Origin: a candidate division FCPU426 bacterium
Lineage (GTDB): Bacteria > Oederibacteriota > Muellerivitia > Muellerivitales > Muellerivitaceae
Assembly: GCA_963719085.1 (NCBI GenBank)
Contig: CAVRAL010000004.1
Location: 608,001 to 672,000 of the forward strand
DNA length: 64,000 nucleotides
Reading direction: 5' to 3'
Position numbers and translations under genes: made by a program. Each line of letters begins with the position of its first letter. The stretch's first letter is position 1. Below the pieces are notes generated by a model that searched no databases, was not told where the DNA came from, and saw only the letters and a list, made by a program, of their open reading frames with translations. Below are positions 48,740 to 57,309 of this stretch, piece by piece.

Positions 48740-49129
48740 CTATTCATCCTTTTTTTTCTTCTCGGCCCATTCTTTCCATTCTTCCTCGGACCAATGTTTC
48801 CAATCCACATCCGCCCACTGCCGCCACTCCCGGCTCCAATCTTTCAACTCGCGAATCCACGCTTGCGGCGCGCCCCCGCCCACTTGCCGGGGCATGACCA
48901 ATCCCAGAACCGCCGAAGCCAGGGCGATCGTGGTTCCGAGCAAAAGTCCCAGGATCACGAAGATCACCCCCAGCGTCGCGCCTAAGGCTTGACCGAAGGC
49001 CAGCACGATCCAAGAAAAACCCAAAGCCAGCGCCACGCCTCCGACGATCCCAGCCACCGCGATCGCGCTGCCCCCGCCGAATTCCACGTTGGCGTGGGCC
49101 TTTCCCCCATCCTTTATTTCATCGCTCAT
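48740..49129 (-). CDS. Small membrane protein with Trp-rich C-terminal tail (candidate anti-sigma factor)
   Basis: Gly/Ala-rich TM region; start overlaps the sigma stop (TAATG). Confidence 0.7.
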   Translation of the reverse strand: MSDEIKDGGKAHANVEFGGGSAIAVAGIVGGVALALGFSWIVLAFGQALGATLGVIFVILGLLLGTTIALASAVLGLVMPRQVGGGAPQAWIRELKDWSREWRQWADVDWKHWSEEEWKEWAEKKKKDE

Positions 49130-49629
49130 TATTTCCTCCGATTCGCTTCCAAATTTTTACCGAGGGCGGCCAGCGCGTAACGGCAACGGCTGGCCGCCGT
49201 GTTGAGGGAAATTTTTAAGGCTTCCCCGATCTCCTTGAACGACAGCCCCATGTAATATTTCATGCGGATGACCCTTTGTTGGCTGGGCGGCAGGGCCTCC
49301 AGCGCCCTTTCCAAATGCCGCGGATCCATTCCCGGCGCCTCCACAACGGCTTCGTTCGCGGCCGGCTCCGGAATCTCGTCCAAGGACAAAGCGATCTTGC
49401 GGCGGGTCCGCCGTTTGATCGAATTGAGCCAAACCGCCCGGGCCACATAAGCGCCCGGATTTTCGATGGAAAGCACCTGGCGTTTTTCCCAAAGAAAGGC
49501 CAGGGTTTCCTGAACCACATCCTCGGCTTCTTCCCGGTTTTCCAATACCCGGACCGCCAGCTTGAACCAGAGTTCCCGGTGGGCCGTCACAAAAGCCTGG
49601 AAACCCGCTTCTTGTCGAAAATCGGTCAT
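49129..49629 (-). CDS. ECF sigma-70 factor
   Basis: EEAEDVVQE in region 2; LP..Q..VI......GLSFKEIGE.L.IS.NT..SR in region 4. Confidence 0.9.
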   Translation of the reverse strand: MTDFRQEAGFQAFVTAHRELWFKLAVRVLENREEAEDVVQETLAFLWEKRQVLSIENPGAYVARAVWLNSIKRRTRRKIALSLDEIPEPAANEAVVEAPGMDPRHLERALEALPPSQQRVIRMKYYMGLSFKEIGEALKISLNTAASRCRYALAALGKNLEANRRK

Positions 49630-49822
49630 GAATGGATTCTAACCTCGCTCCCTCAAATGATCCCGGAAGGCTTCTTTTTGTCTGTCGAAACCGATATTTC
49701 GGCCCTTTTCCCCAATCCTGCTATAATTAGGCCCATTTTCGCCTTATTGACACCCCCTAAGGCTTCGGAGTAAAACGGGGCTCATTTTTGAGGCATTCTG
49801 TTCTTAAGGAAGGACCTTTTCG

Positions 49823-50755
49823 ATGCCACATCCGAACCCCAAGCACCCGGCCGGCGGTTTTTTGTTCCTGTTATTTTTTTGCGGCCTTTTTTTAAACGGC
49901 TGCTTCATTAAATCCCTCGCGGTCAATTCCATCGGCGACAGCCTGGCGGGCTCCGGCGATACCTGGTCCAGCGACGACGACCCCGAGCTGGTGCGCCAAG
50001 CCCTTCCTTTTAGCTTGAAGTTGATTGAAAGCGTTTTGGCCGCCACGCCCCAGCACACCGCCCTTTTGACCGCCGCCTGCCAAGATTTTACCGAATACGC
50101 CTACGCCTTTGTGCAGCAGGACGCGGAGTTCATCGCCGACAAGGATTATCCCAAATCGGAAGAAATGAAAGTTCGGGCCAAAAAACTTTACTTAAGGGCC
50201 TACGCTTACGGCTTGCGCGCTTTGGATTCCCGCCATTCCTCTTTTAGCAAAGACCTCTTCACCGATCCTAAAAAAGCCGTGAAGGAAGCCGACAAGGATG
50301 ACGTCACCGCCCTTTATTGGACCGGCGTCTCTTGGATGGCCGCGATTTCCATCGGGAAGGACGATCCGGCGCTTTTGTCCGATCTTCCCCAGGCCGAGGC
50401 TTTGGTTTACCGCGCCTACGCCTTGAACCCTGATTATGACGACGGTGCCATCGAAAGCTTCCTCATTACTTATGAGGGCGGGAAACCCGCCGCCATGGGC
50501 GGCTCCGCGCAAAAAGCCCGGGACCACTTCAAGCGCGCCGTGGAACTGTCCAAGGGAACCCAATTGGGCCCCTACTTGAATTTGGCCGAAGCCGTGGATG
50601 AGCAAACCCAGAACCAAGCCGAGTTCGTCGATTTGCTGAACCAGGCCTTGGCCATTGACGTGGAGGCCGACAAGCCTCATCGCTTGGTGAACCTCATCAT
50701 GCGTAAAAGAGCCCAGTGGCTTTTAACCCAAGTTGATTCCATTTTCGTCAAATAA
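49823..50755 (+). CDS. TRAP transporter TatT component (TPAT lipoprotein)
   Basis: LNG-C lipobox; SDDDPELV..ALPF.LK..E, YAYAFV, MGG....A..HF.RA. Confidence 0.88.
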   Translation: MPHPNPKHPAGGFLFLLFFCGLFLNGCFIKSLAVNSIGDSLAGSGDTWSSDDDPELVRQALPFSLKLIESVLAATPQHTALLTAACQDFTEYAYAFVQQDAEFIADKDYPKSEEMKVRAKKLYLRAYAYGLRALDSRHSSFSKDLFTDPKKAVKEADKDDVTALYWTGVSWMAAISIGKDDPALLSDLPQAEALVYRAYALNPDYDDGAIESFLITYEGGKPAAMGGSAQKARDHFKRAVELSKGTQLGPYLNLAEAVDEQTQNQAEFVDLLNQALAIDVEADKPHRLVNLIMRKRAQWLLTQVDSIFVK

Positions 50756-50781
50756 TTCCCATCATTTTTAGGAGGCGTCTC

Positions 50782-51810
50782 GTGTTGAACTCATTCAAGA
50801 ATAAAATCATCTTAGGCTTGGCCCTCGCCGCGTTTGCGTCGATTGGCTTCCGCGCTCAAGCCCAAGACGCCGCGGTCACTTTGAAGCTGGGAACCCTGGC
50901 TCCCCTGGGATCTCCCTGGGATAAAATCATCCGGGACATGGGCGAGGAATGGAAAACCGCCGGAGTCCTCTTGAAGGTTTATCCGGGCGGTGAACTCGGC
51001 GATGAGCCCGACATGGTCAGTAAAATGCGCACGGGCCAGATCCAAGCCGGCGTCTTCACCGTGGTGGGCTTGTCCCAAATCGATAAAGGCTTCTCAGCCC
51101 TTTCGGTTCCCATGCTTTATAAAAGCGACGCCGAGAGCGATTATGTGCGCTCCAAACTCCAGCCCCTGTTGGAAAAAAGGTTGCTGGCCGATGGCTACAA
51201 GATCCTCAATTGGGGCGACGCCGGTTGGGTGATGTTTTTCGGCAAGACCCCCATCCTCACCCCCGACGATTTGAAAAAAGCCAAGTTCTTCATTTGGGGC
51301 AACGACACCGACACCATGAACATCTGGAAGTCCGCGGGCTACTCGCCCGTGCCGCTGTCGGCCACCGACATCTTGCCCAATCTTCAAACCGGCTTGATTG
51401 ATTCCTTCGATACCACGCCCCTATCCGCCCTTTCGTTTCAATGGTTCCCCTTGGCGCCGCACATGACCAATTTGAAATGGGCTCCTTTGGTGGGCGCCAC
51501 CATCGTTACCACCAAAGCCTGGAACAGCATCCCCGCCGCTTCCCGGCCGGCGGTCCTCAAGGCCGCCGCTGAGGCGGGCAAGCGGTTCAAAGATGAGATC
51601 CGTACCGATAACCAAGCCGCCATCGACGCCATGAAACAACACGGCTTGATCGTGCATGACGTCACCGATGATCAATACGCCCAATGGGAACAGCTTTTCC
51701 AAAGCGTCTATCCCCAGATCTCGGGAACCGTGGTCCCCGCCGATATGATGACCCTGGCCATCAAGTATCGGGATCAATACCGCGCCTCTCAAAAAGCGCC
51801 GGCGGAATGA
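50782..51810 (+). CDS. dctP: TRAP substrate-binding protein DctP
   Basis: KLGTLAP.GSPW, YPGG.LGDE, LQTGLID. Confidence 0.9.
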   Translation: MLNSFKNKIILGLALAAFASIGFRAQAQDAAVTLKLGTLAPLGSPWDKIIRDMGEEWKTAGVLLKVYPGGELGDEPDMVSKMRTGQIQAGVFTVVGLSQIDKGFSALSVPMLYKSDAESDYVRSKLQPLLEKRLLADGYKILNWGDAGWVMFFGKTPILTPDDLKKAKFFIWGNDTDTMNIWKSAGYSPVPLSATDILPNLQTGLIDSFDTTPLSALSFQWFPLAPHMTNLKWAPLVGATIVTTKAWNSIPAASRPAVLKAAAEAGKRFKDEIRTDNQAAIDAMKQHGLIVHDVTDDQYAQWEQLFQSVYPQISGTVVPADMMTLAIKYRDQYRASQKAPAE

Positions 51811-53708
51811 GTTTAAAGGCCGCGAAAAAAAAGTCCGGCGCCTTGGCTCAAACGGATTTAGGACTCGAGCCCGGCGCCGTCGCGCCGGCGAAGCCCGCCC
51901 CCTGGCACGCGGGCGAGAATCTTCTTCTCACTTTCTTTTTCGCCGTCATGCTCCTCCTGCCCCTGATCGACATCCTGGGGCGTAAACTTCATCAGCTCGC
52001 GGCTTTCATTCCGGCCAATCCGGTTTCGGGCTCGCTGAACTTGGTGGCCCACAGCACCCTGGCCGTCATGATGGTGGGCGGCGCCATCGCGGCGCGCGAA
52101 GGGAAATTGCTTTCCCTCTCCACGACCGCCAGCCTTATTCCCGACCGCTTCAAAACCGCCGTGCGTGTTTTTACCTGCGGCCTCGGCGCCGCCATCACCC
52201 TTTACCTGGTCAAGGCCAGTTTCGATTACACACTGATTGAAAAAGGCGTGGGGTCGATCATCGCCTGCGGCATCCCCAAGTGGGCCTTTCTCGCCCTGCT
52301 GCCCTTAGGCTTTAGCGCCATCCTGGCCCGGCTGATTTGGCGCGTCTCGGAAGAAAGAATTGTCCGCCTCGCCACCCTGCTTTTGGCGGTTGGCCTTTCA
52401 ACCCTCGGTGTCTTGATCCAACAACCCTCCGAAAGTTTCCTTTACCTTTGTTTCGCGGTTCTCATGGTTTCGGTTGTTTTTGGCGCGCCCGTATTCGTGG
52501 CCTTGGGCGGCGCCGCGCTTATTTTTTTATGGAATTCCGACACGCCGATCGACTCCATCCCGGCCGAGACCTACCGCATGGTGGTCTCCCCCACCATTCC
52601 CACCATCCCGCTTTTTACCTTGACGGGTTATTTTTTGGCCGAGGGCGGCGCGTCGGTCCGGCTGTTGAAAGTTTTTCAGGCCCTGTTCGGTTGGCTCAAG
52701 GGCGGTTCCGCCATCGTGACCGCGCTCGTCTGCGCTTTTTTCACCTGCTTCACCGGCGGCTCGGGCGTGACCATCTTGGCCCTGGGCGGTCTGCTGATGC
52801 CGATCCTATTGGCGGAAAAATATAAGGAGCGCGAAGCGCTGGGGCTTTTAACCTCGGCGGGTTCCTTGGGCATGCTTTTCCCCCCCAGCCTGCCGGTCAT
52901 TCTTTACGGCGTGGTTTCCCACACGCCGATCGACAAACTTTTCTTAGGCGGGCTTTTGCCCGGGATGATTTTGATGATCCTGACCGCCTGGTGGGGCGTC
53001 AGCAAAGGCTCCAAGACCCAAGTCACGAAGCACCCGTTTCACTTCGAGAACGCCCTGACGGCTGTTTGGGAGGCCAAATGGGAATTGGCTTTGCCCTTGG
53101 TGGTTTTCTTTTTCCTTTTTTTAATCAAGGTGACTTTGGTCGAGTCCGCCGCCCTGACGGCCCTTTACGCCTTTGTGGTGGAAGTTTTAATTTATAAAGA
53201 CCTGCCGTTTAAAAAGATCCCTAAAGTCGTGACCGAATGCGGCATTTTGGTGGGAGGCGTGCTTCTTATTTTGGGCGTGTCGCTGGGCTTCACCAACGAC
53301 ATGGTGGACGCCCAAATCCCGGACCAATTGGCCCAGTGGGTGCAAGGAACCGTCCATTCCCAATGGCTTTTTCTTCTGATGGTGAACTTCATGCTGATTA
53401 TCGTGGGAAGTTTGCTGGAGATTTTCGCCGCCATCGTGGTGGTGGTGCCGCTTTTAATGCCGATGGCCCAGGCCTTTGGCGTGGACCCGGTCCATATGGG
53501 CATTGTCTTTTTGCTGAACATGGAGCTGGGCTTTTTGGCCCCGCCCCTGGGGCTCAATCTTTTTCTTTCGTCCTACCGCTTCAAAAAACCCATGACGGAA
53601 GTTTATTGGGCCGTGCTTCCCATGTATTTGATCCTTCACGCCATGGTTTTAGCGATCACCTATATCCCCTTTTTAACCACCTTCCTGCCGCAACATCTGG
53701 ACTGGTAA
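51807..53708 (+). CDS. Fused TRAP DctQ-DctM permease
   Basis: N-terminal Q-like TMs, then IPLFT..G, TGGSGVTILALGG, FPPSLP, PP.G.NLF; ATGA overlap with dctP. Confidence 0.9.
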   Translation: MSLKAAKKKSGALAQTDLGLEPGAVAPAKPAPWHAGENLLLTFFFAVMLLLPLIDILGRKLHQLAAFIPANPVSGSLNLVAHSTLAVMMVGGAIAAREGKLLSLSTTASLIPDRFKTAVRVFTCGLGAAITLYLVKASFDYTLIEKGVGSIIACGIPKWAFLALLPLGFSAILARLIWRVSEERIVRLATLLLAVGLSTLGVLIQQPSESFLYLCFAVLMVSVVFGAPVFVALGGAALIFLWNSDTPIDSIPAETYRMVVSPTIPTIPLFTLTGYFLAEGGASVRLLKVFQALFGWLKGGSAIVTALVCAFFTCFTGGSGVTILALGGLLMPILLAEKYKEREALGLLTSAGSLGMLFPPSLPVILYGVVSHTPIDKLFLGGLLPGMILMILTAWWGVSKGSKTQVTKHPFHFENALTAVWEAKWELALPLVVFFFLFLIKVTLVESAALTALYAFVVEVLIYKDLPFKKIPKVVTECGILVGGVLLILGVSLGFTNDMVDAQIPDQLAQWVQGTVHSQWLFLLMVNFMLIIVGSLLEIFAAIVVVVPLLMPMAQAFGVDPVHMGIVFLLNMELGFLAPPLGLNLFLSSYRFKKPMTEVYWAVLPMYLILHAMVLAITYIPFLTTFLPQHLDW

Positions 53709-53882
53709 ATCAAAAAAGTTCCGCTTCGGTTTAACGATTTAAACTTAGACAAAATGTTTTTTTCGTTCCCCGATTCATCTCCCGGGGCGGGAGACCGATT
53801 AACTTCGGCCAAAATGTGCTAATATTTTCACAAGAGTTGTTTTGAAAACAACACCTCCCAACACTTTACGAAGGCACCGCTT

Positions 53883-54413
53883 ATGCCCCTTGAACAATTA
53901 AGACCCGATCAAGTCGACGCCCTTGGCCAAATGAGCAAGGCCATGTACGACGAATATAAAACCCTCGGTTTCGCCGGCATCACGGTCGATCCGGTGCGCT
54001 ATTTGGCCTTCCGTAAACAGGGGAAAAACGGCCTCTTCACCCAATTCATGGTCTCCGACGCCGGGGTTTTTTACGTGGACCCTTTGCGAAAAATTAAATT
54101 TAAATTCCATCCGGAATATTACCTCGTCTATCACGAAGGACTCAGCCCGGAAGAGGAACAAAAGCTTCGTGGCGCCGATTCAATCACGGTGAAATTGGAA
54201 AACGGCCTGGAGTTTTGGAAGCGGGTGATCGCCGGCAGCTGCCTGATTTACGATCACGCCCACGCCTGCGATTATCTTTTACCGGACCAAAAAGCGGAAC
54301 TGGAGCGGGTCAAAAAGCTCTACAGCCCTTCCGAGCTTGTCATTAAGCCCATGCTCCAAACCAAGCCCAAAGCCAATCCTTCCAATTCCAAGGTGATTGA
54401 TCTGGACAGCTAG
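53883..54413 (+). CDS. Hypothetical cytoplasmic protein
   Basis: 176-aa ORF filling the intergenic gap with protein-like composition; no motif recognised. Confidence 0.7.
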   Translation: MPLEQLRPDQVDALGQMSKAMYDEYKTLGFAGITVDPVRYLAFRKQGKNGLFTQFMVSDAGVFYVDPLRKIKFKFHPEYYLVYHEGLSPEEEQKLRGADSITVKLENGLEFWKRVIAGSCLIYDHAHACDYLLPDQKAELERVKKLYSPSELVIKPMLQTKPKANPSNSKVIDLDS

Positions 54414-54454
54414 CCCTTAGAGCCTTTCCCCGCTTTCTACCTTATAATGCCGCC

Positions 54455-55873
54455 ATGACCCCTTTTCTTCAAAAACACGCGGGCCTTTATACCGATCTTT
54501 ACGAACTCACCATGGCCCAAGGCTATGTGCTGACGGATAAGGCCGGGAGCTCCGCCTGCTTCGATTATTTTTTCCGCGAGACCCCCTTTAAGAGCGGGTA
54601 CGTGCTGTTCGCGGGGCTTGATGAGTTATTGGAAACCCTCCAAACCCTGACCTTTGAGGCCGATGACCTGAAGTACCTGGCCGATTTGGGCTTTCAAAAA
54701 AAATTCCTGGAATACCTTAAAAATTTCAGGTTCGGGGGAAAAATTTACTCCGTGCGCGAAGGCGAGGTTGTTTTTCCGCTGGAGCCCATCTTGCGGGTGG
54801 AAGGCACTTTATTTGAGACCCAGCTCATCGAAACCCTGCTCCTCAACCAGCTGAACTTCCAGTCGCTCATCGCCACGAAAGCCTCCCGCATGGTCCAAGC
54901 CGCCCAAAGCCGCCGCTTGGTGGAATTCGGGCTTCGCCGCTCCCAGGGATTAGCCGGACTTCAAGCCAGCCGGGCCGCCGCCATCGGCGGGATGGAAGCC
55001 ACGTCCAACGTTTACGCTTCCTTCCTTTACGGCCTCACGCCCTCGGGCACCCAGGCCCATTCCTGGATTCAAAGTTTTTCCGACGAGCTGACCGCCTTCC
55101 GCCGGTACGCGCAAATTTATCCCGACCGCTGCATTTTGTTGGTCGACACCTACAATACGCTCAAAAGCGGCGTGCCCCACGCCATCCAGGTGGCGAAGGA
55201 AATGGAGGCCCGGGGCCAAAAACTTTCGGGCATCCGGTTGGACTCGGGCGACCTGGCTTATTTAAGTAAAAGATCCCGGGTGCTTTTGGACCAAGCCGGT
55301 CTTCATTACGTGAAAATCGTGGTGTCGAACCAGCTTGATGAGCACATCATCAAAAGTTTGCTCGATCAAGGCGCGCCCATCAACGCCTTCGGCGTGGGCA
55401 CCAACTTGGTGACCGGACAGCAAAACCCCTCGCTGGACGGCGTCTATAAGCTCAGCTGGCTCGACGGGGAACCCAGGCTTAAAATTTCAGAGAATGTCAT
55501 CAAGACATCGCTTCCGGGAGTCAAAAAAGTGGTGCGTTATACGGACCCCGAAGGCTTTTTTTACGCCGACGGCGTGTTGTTGGAGGATGAAAAAAGCATC
55601 GAATACATCCATCACCCTCATTTTCCCGAGCAAAAAAGCCGGGTGGCCCATTGTTTTCCCGAGTCCCTGCTTTTTAAAGTAATGGAGGGAGGCAAAAGCC
55701 TGGTCACTTTAAGCGTGCCGGAAGCCGCCGCCTACGCCAAAGAAAGACTGACCAAGCTTTCGCCCGAGCGAAAAAGATTTGAGAACCCGCATATCTATAA
55801 GGTCGGCATGAGCCAAAAATTAATGGACATGCGCGGCCAGTTAATTCAAAAGTACCAGGAACAACGTCCATGA
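54455..55873 (+). CDS. pncB: Nicotinate phosphoribosyltransferase
   Basis: TDLYELTM, EFGLRR, GTQAHSW, LVDTY, RLDSGD, FGVGT. Confidence 0.95.
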   Translation: MTPFLQKHAGLYTDLYELTMAQGYVLTDKAGSSACFDYFFRETPFKSGYVLFAGLDELLETLQTLTFEADDLKYLADLGFQKKFLEYLKNFRFGGKIYSVREGEVVFPLEPILRVEGTLFETQLIETLLLNQLNFQSLIATKASRMVQAAQSRRLVEFGLRRSQGLAGLQASRAAAIGGMEATSNVYASFLYGLTPSGTQAHSWIQSFSDELTAFRRYAQIYPDRCILLVDTYNTLKSGVPHAIQVAKEMEARGQKLSGIRLDSGDLAYLSKRSRVLLDQAGLHYVKIVVSNQLDEHIIKSLLDQGAPINAFGVGTNLVTGQQNPSLDGVYKLSWLDGEPRLKISENVIKTSLPGVKKVVRYTDPEGFFYADGVLLEDEKSIEYIHHPHFPEQKSRVAHCFPESLLFKVMEGGKSLVTLSVPEAAAYAKERLTKLSPERKRFENPHIYKVGMSQKLMDMRGQLIQKYQEQRP

Positions 55874-56412
55874 AAGCTTTATTAATTGTGGATGTTCAAA
55901 GGGATTTTTGCCCCGGGGGAACCTTAGTCGTTCCCGATGGCGACAAGGTCATTCCCGTCATCAATAAGGTACTGGGGGCTTTTCCCCTGGTGGTCGCGTC
56001 CAAGGACTGGCATCCTAAAGAAACCGTTCATTTTAAAAAATGGCCGCCCCATTGCGTGCAAGGCACCCCCGGCGCCGAGTTTCATCCGGACCTGGACCAA
56101 AGCCGGATTAAGAAAATTTTTCTTAAGGGCAACCACAACCAGGATGATGGTTATTCGGCTTTTGAGGCCACCAATGAGAACCTGGCGGATTTTTTAAGAA
56201 AAAAAGGAGTGGAAGAACTTTACGTCGCCGGGTTGGCCACGGATTACTGCGTGAAAGCGACAGCCTTAGACGCCGAAAAAAATGGTTTCGAGACCTTCGT
56301 CATTGAGGACGCCGTAGCCGCAGTGAACAAGACCGCCGGAGACGATGAAAAGGCTTTCAAGGCCATGCGCAAAGCCGGCATTACCCTGCTGAACTCGGAC
56401 GAAATTGTCTAA
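55870..56412 (+). CDS. pncA: Nicotinamidase/pyrazinamidase
   Basis: VDVQ.DF.PGG.L, DWHP, WP.HCVQGT.GA, YSAF, GLATDYCV. Confidence 0.95.
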   Translation: MKALLIVDVQRDFCPGGTLVVPDGDKVIPVINKVLGAFPLVVASKDWHPKETVHFKKWPPHCVQGTPGAEFHPDLDQSRIKKIFLKGNHNQDDGYSAFEATNENLADFLRKKGVEELYVAGLATDYCVKATALDAEKNGFETFVIEDAVAAVNKTAGDDEKAFKAMRKAGITLLNSDEIV

Positions 56413-56414
56413 AT

Positions 56415-56451
56415 AAAAAAAGCCCCGGGCCTTTAAGAGGCCCGGGGCTTT
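56415..56451. terminator. Bidirectional terminator
   Basis: aagccccgggcc/ggcccggggctt stem between convergent genes. Confidence 0.85.
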
Positions 56452-56471
56452 GGTTCCGCTTTCAGTTTTGA

Positions 56472-56825
56472 TTACTTCGCCGGAGTTTCGATCACCAGGT
56501 AATTGACTCCGCCCTTGCTTTCGACTTTTCCGTCTAAAGTCAGGCTTTGGCCGACCTTATCCTTGAATTGGTCCCGCAAGGAGTTAAAATCCCCGTCCAC
56601 CGGCACATAAAGCTTGGTGCCCTTTAAAAGCGCCAACTCCCCGCCGCCCGCCACGCACTTGGCTCCGCAAGCGGCGTGATCCGCGCCATGGGCCCCCTTG
56701 GTCACGTAACACTTCGCGCAAACCACTTCATAAGCCGAACCCGCCGCCGCGGCGCTATCCGCGAAAGCGATCGGAGCCGCCCCCAACATCAAGATGGCGA
56801 TGACCGCCAATAAATATTGTTTCAT
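56472..56825 (-). CDS. Small exported Cys/His-motif protein
   Basis: AAGGAGG SD; signal peptide (AFA); CAKC..H..C...C. Confidence 0.8.
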   Translation of the reverse strand: MKQYLLAVIAILMLGAAPIAFADSAAAAGSAYEVVCAKCYVTKGAHGADHAACGAKCVAGGGELALLKGTKLYVPVDGDFNSLRDQFKDKVGQSLTLDGKVESKGGVNYLVIETPAK

Positions 56826-56940
56826 TCACTTCCTCCTTCAGGGATTTGAGTCTGGGTTCAGGATAAAGGCTGCGTGGCGGGAATAAAAGGCCCCGCGTTC
56901 TTTTTAGGAAAAACATTAACCGAACGATGGTTAGACTTTC

Positions 56941-57309
56941 TCAAGGGGATGGGAAGCTTTTTTCAATTTCCAGCATTTGCTCCCAGGAATCGATCAAACG
57001 GTCCTCGTAATTCCACTGCCAAAGCTGGTCTTCGGTAAACCCCTTCTTTTTCGCCAGGTTTTTGACCTCGGATTTGAAGGATTGCAGCACCCGGAGCACA
57101 TCCTCGTCCAGGCGCTGAAAATCCAACAGCAGCCGGACCCGCGCCTGTTCCACGGAAGTCCTCACCACCTTAAGGCCGGGAAACCGCCCGGGGAGATTAC
57201 GGATGCCCCATTCGGCCAGCGGTTTCAGGTCCCCGGTTAAAAGCGGCCGCCGCTGGACCGTTTCCAGCACCACGTAATGGAGCGAATGGGAAGAAAGCTC
57301 TTCGGTCAT
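56941..57309 (-). CDS. RAYT/IS200 (Y1 transposase)-fold protein lacking HUH and catalytic Tyr
   Basis: T..RRPL, LP.RFPG, Q.FKS, LWQ.NY.D..I; ATGA overlap with the ssuA-like stop. Confidence 0.7.
   Translation of the reverse strand: MTEELSSHSLHYVVLETVQRRPLLTGDLKPLAEWGIRNLPGRFPGLKVVRTSVEQARVRLLLDFQRLDEDVLRVLQSFKSEVKNLAKKKGFTEDQLWQWNYEDRLIDSWEQMLEIEKSFPSP

Noticed and set aside
53778..53794. Hairpin tctcccg/cgggaga after the TRAP operon
   Set aside because: Short, no U-tail, no recognisable riboswitch features
56472..56825. c-type cytochrome
   Set aside because: The motif is CAKCY, not CxxCH
56941..57309. Active IS200/IS605 element
   Set aside because: No HUH or catalytic Tyr, no tnpB, no convincing terminal hairpins
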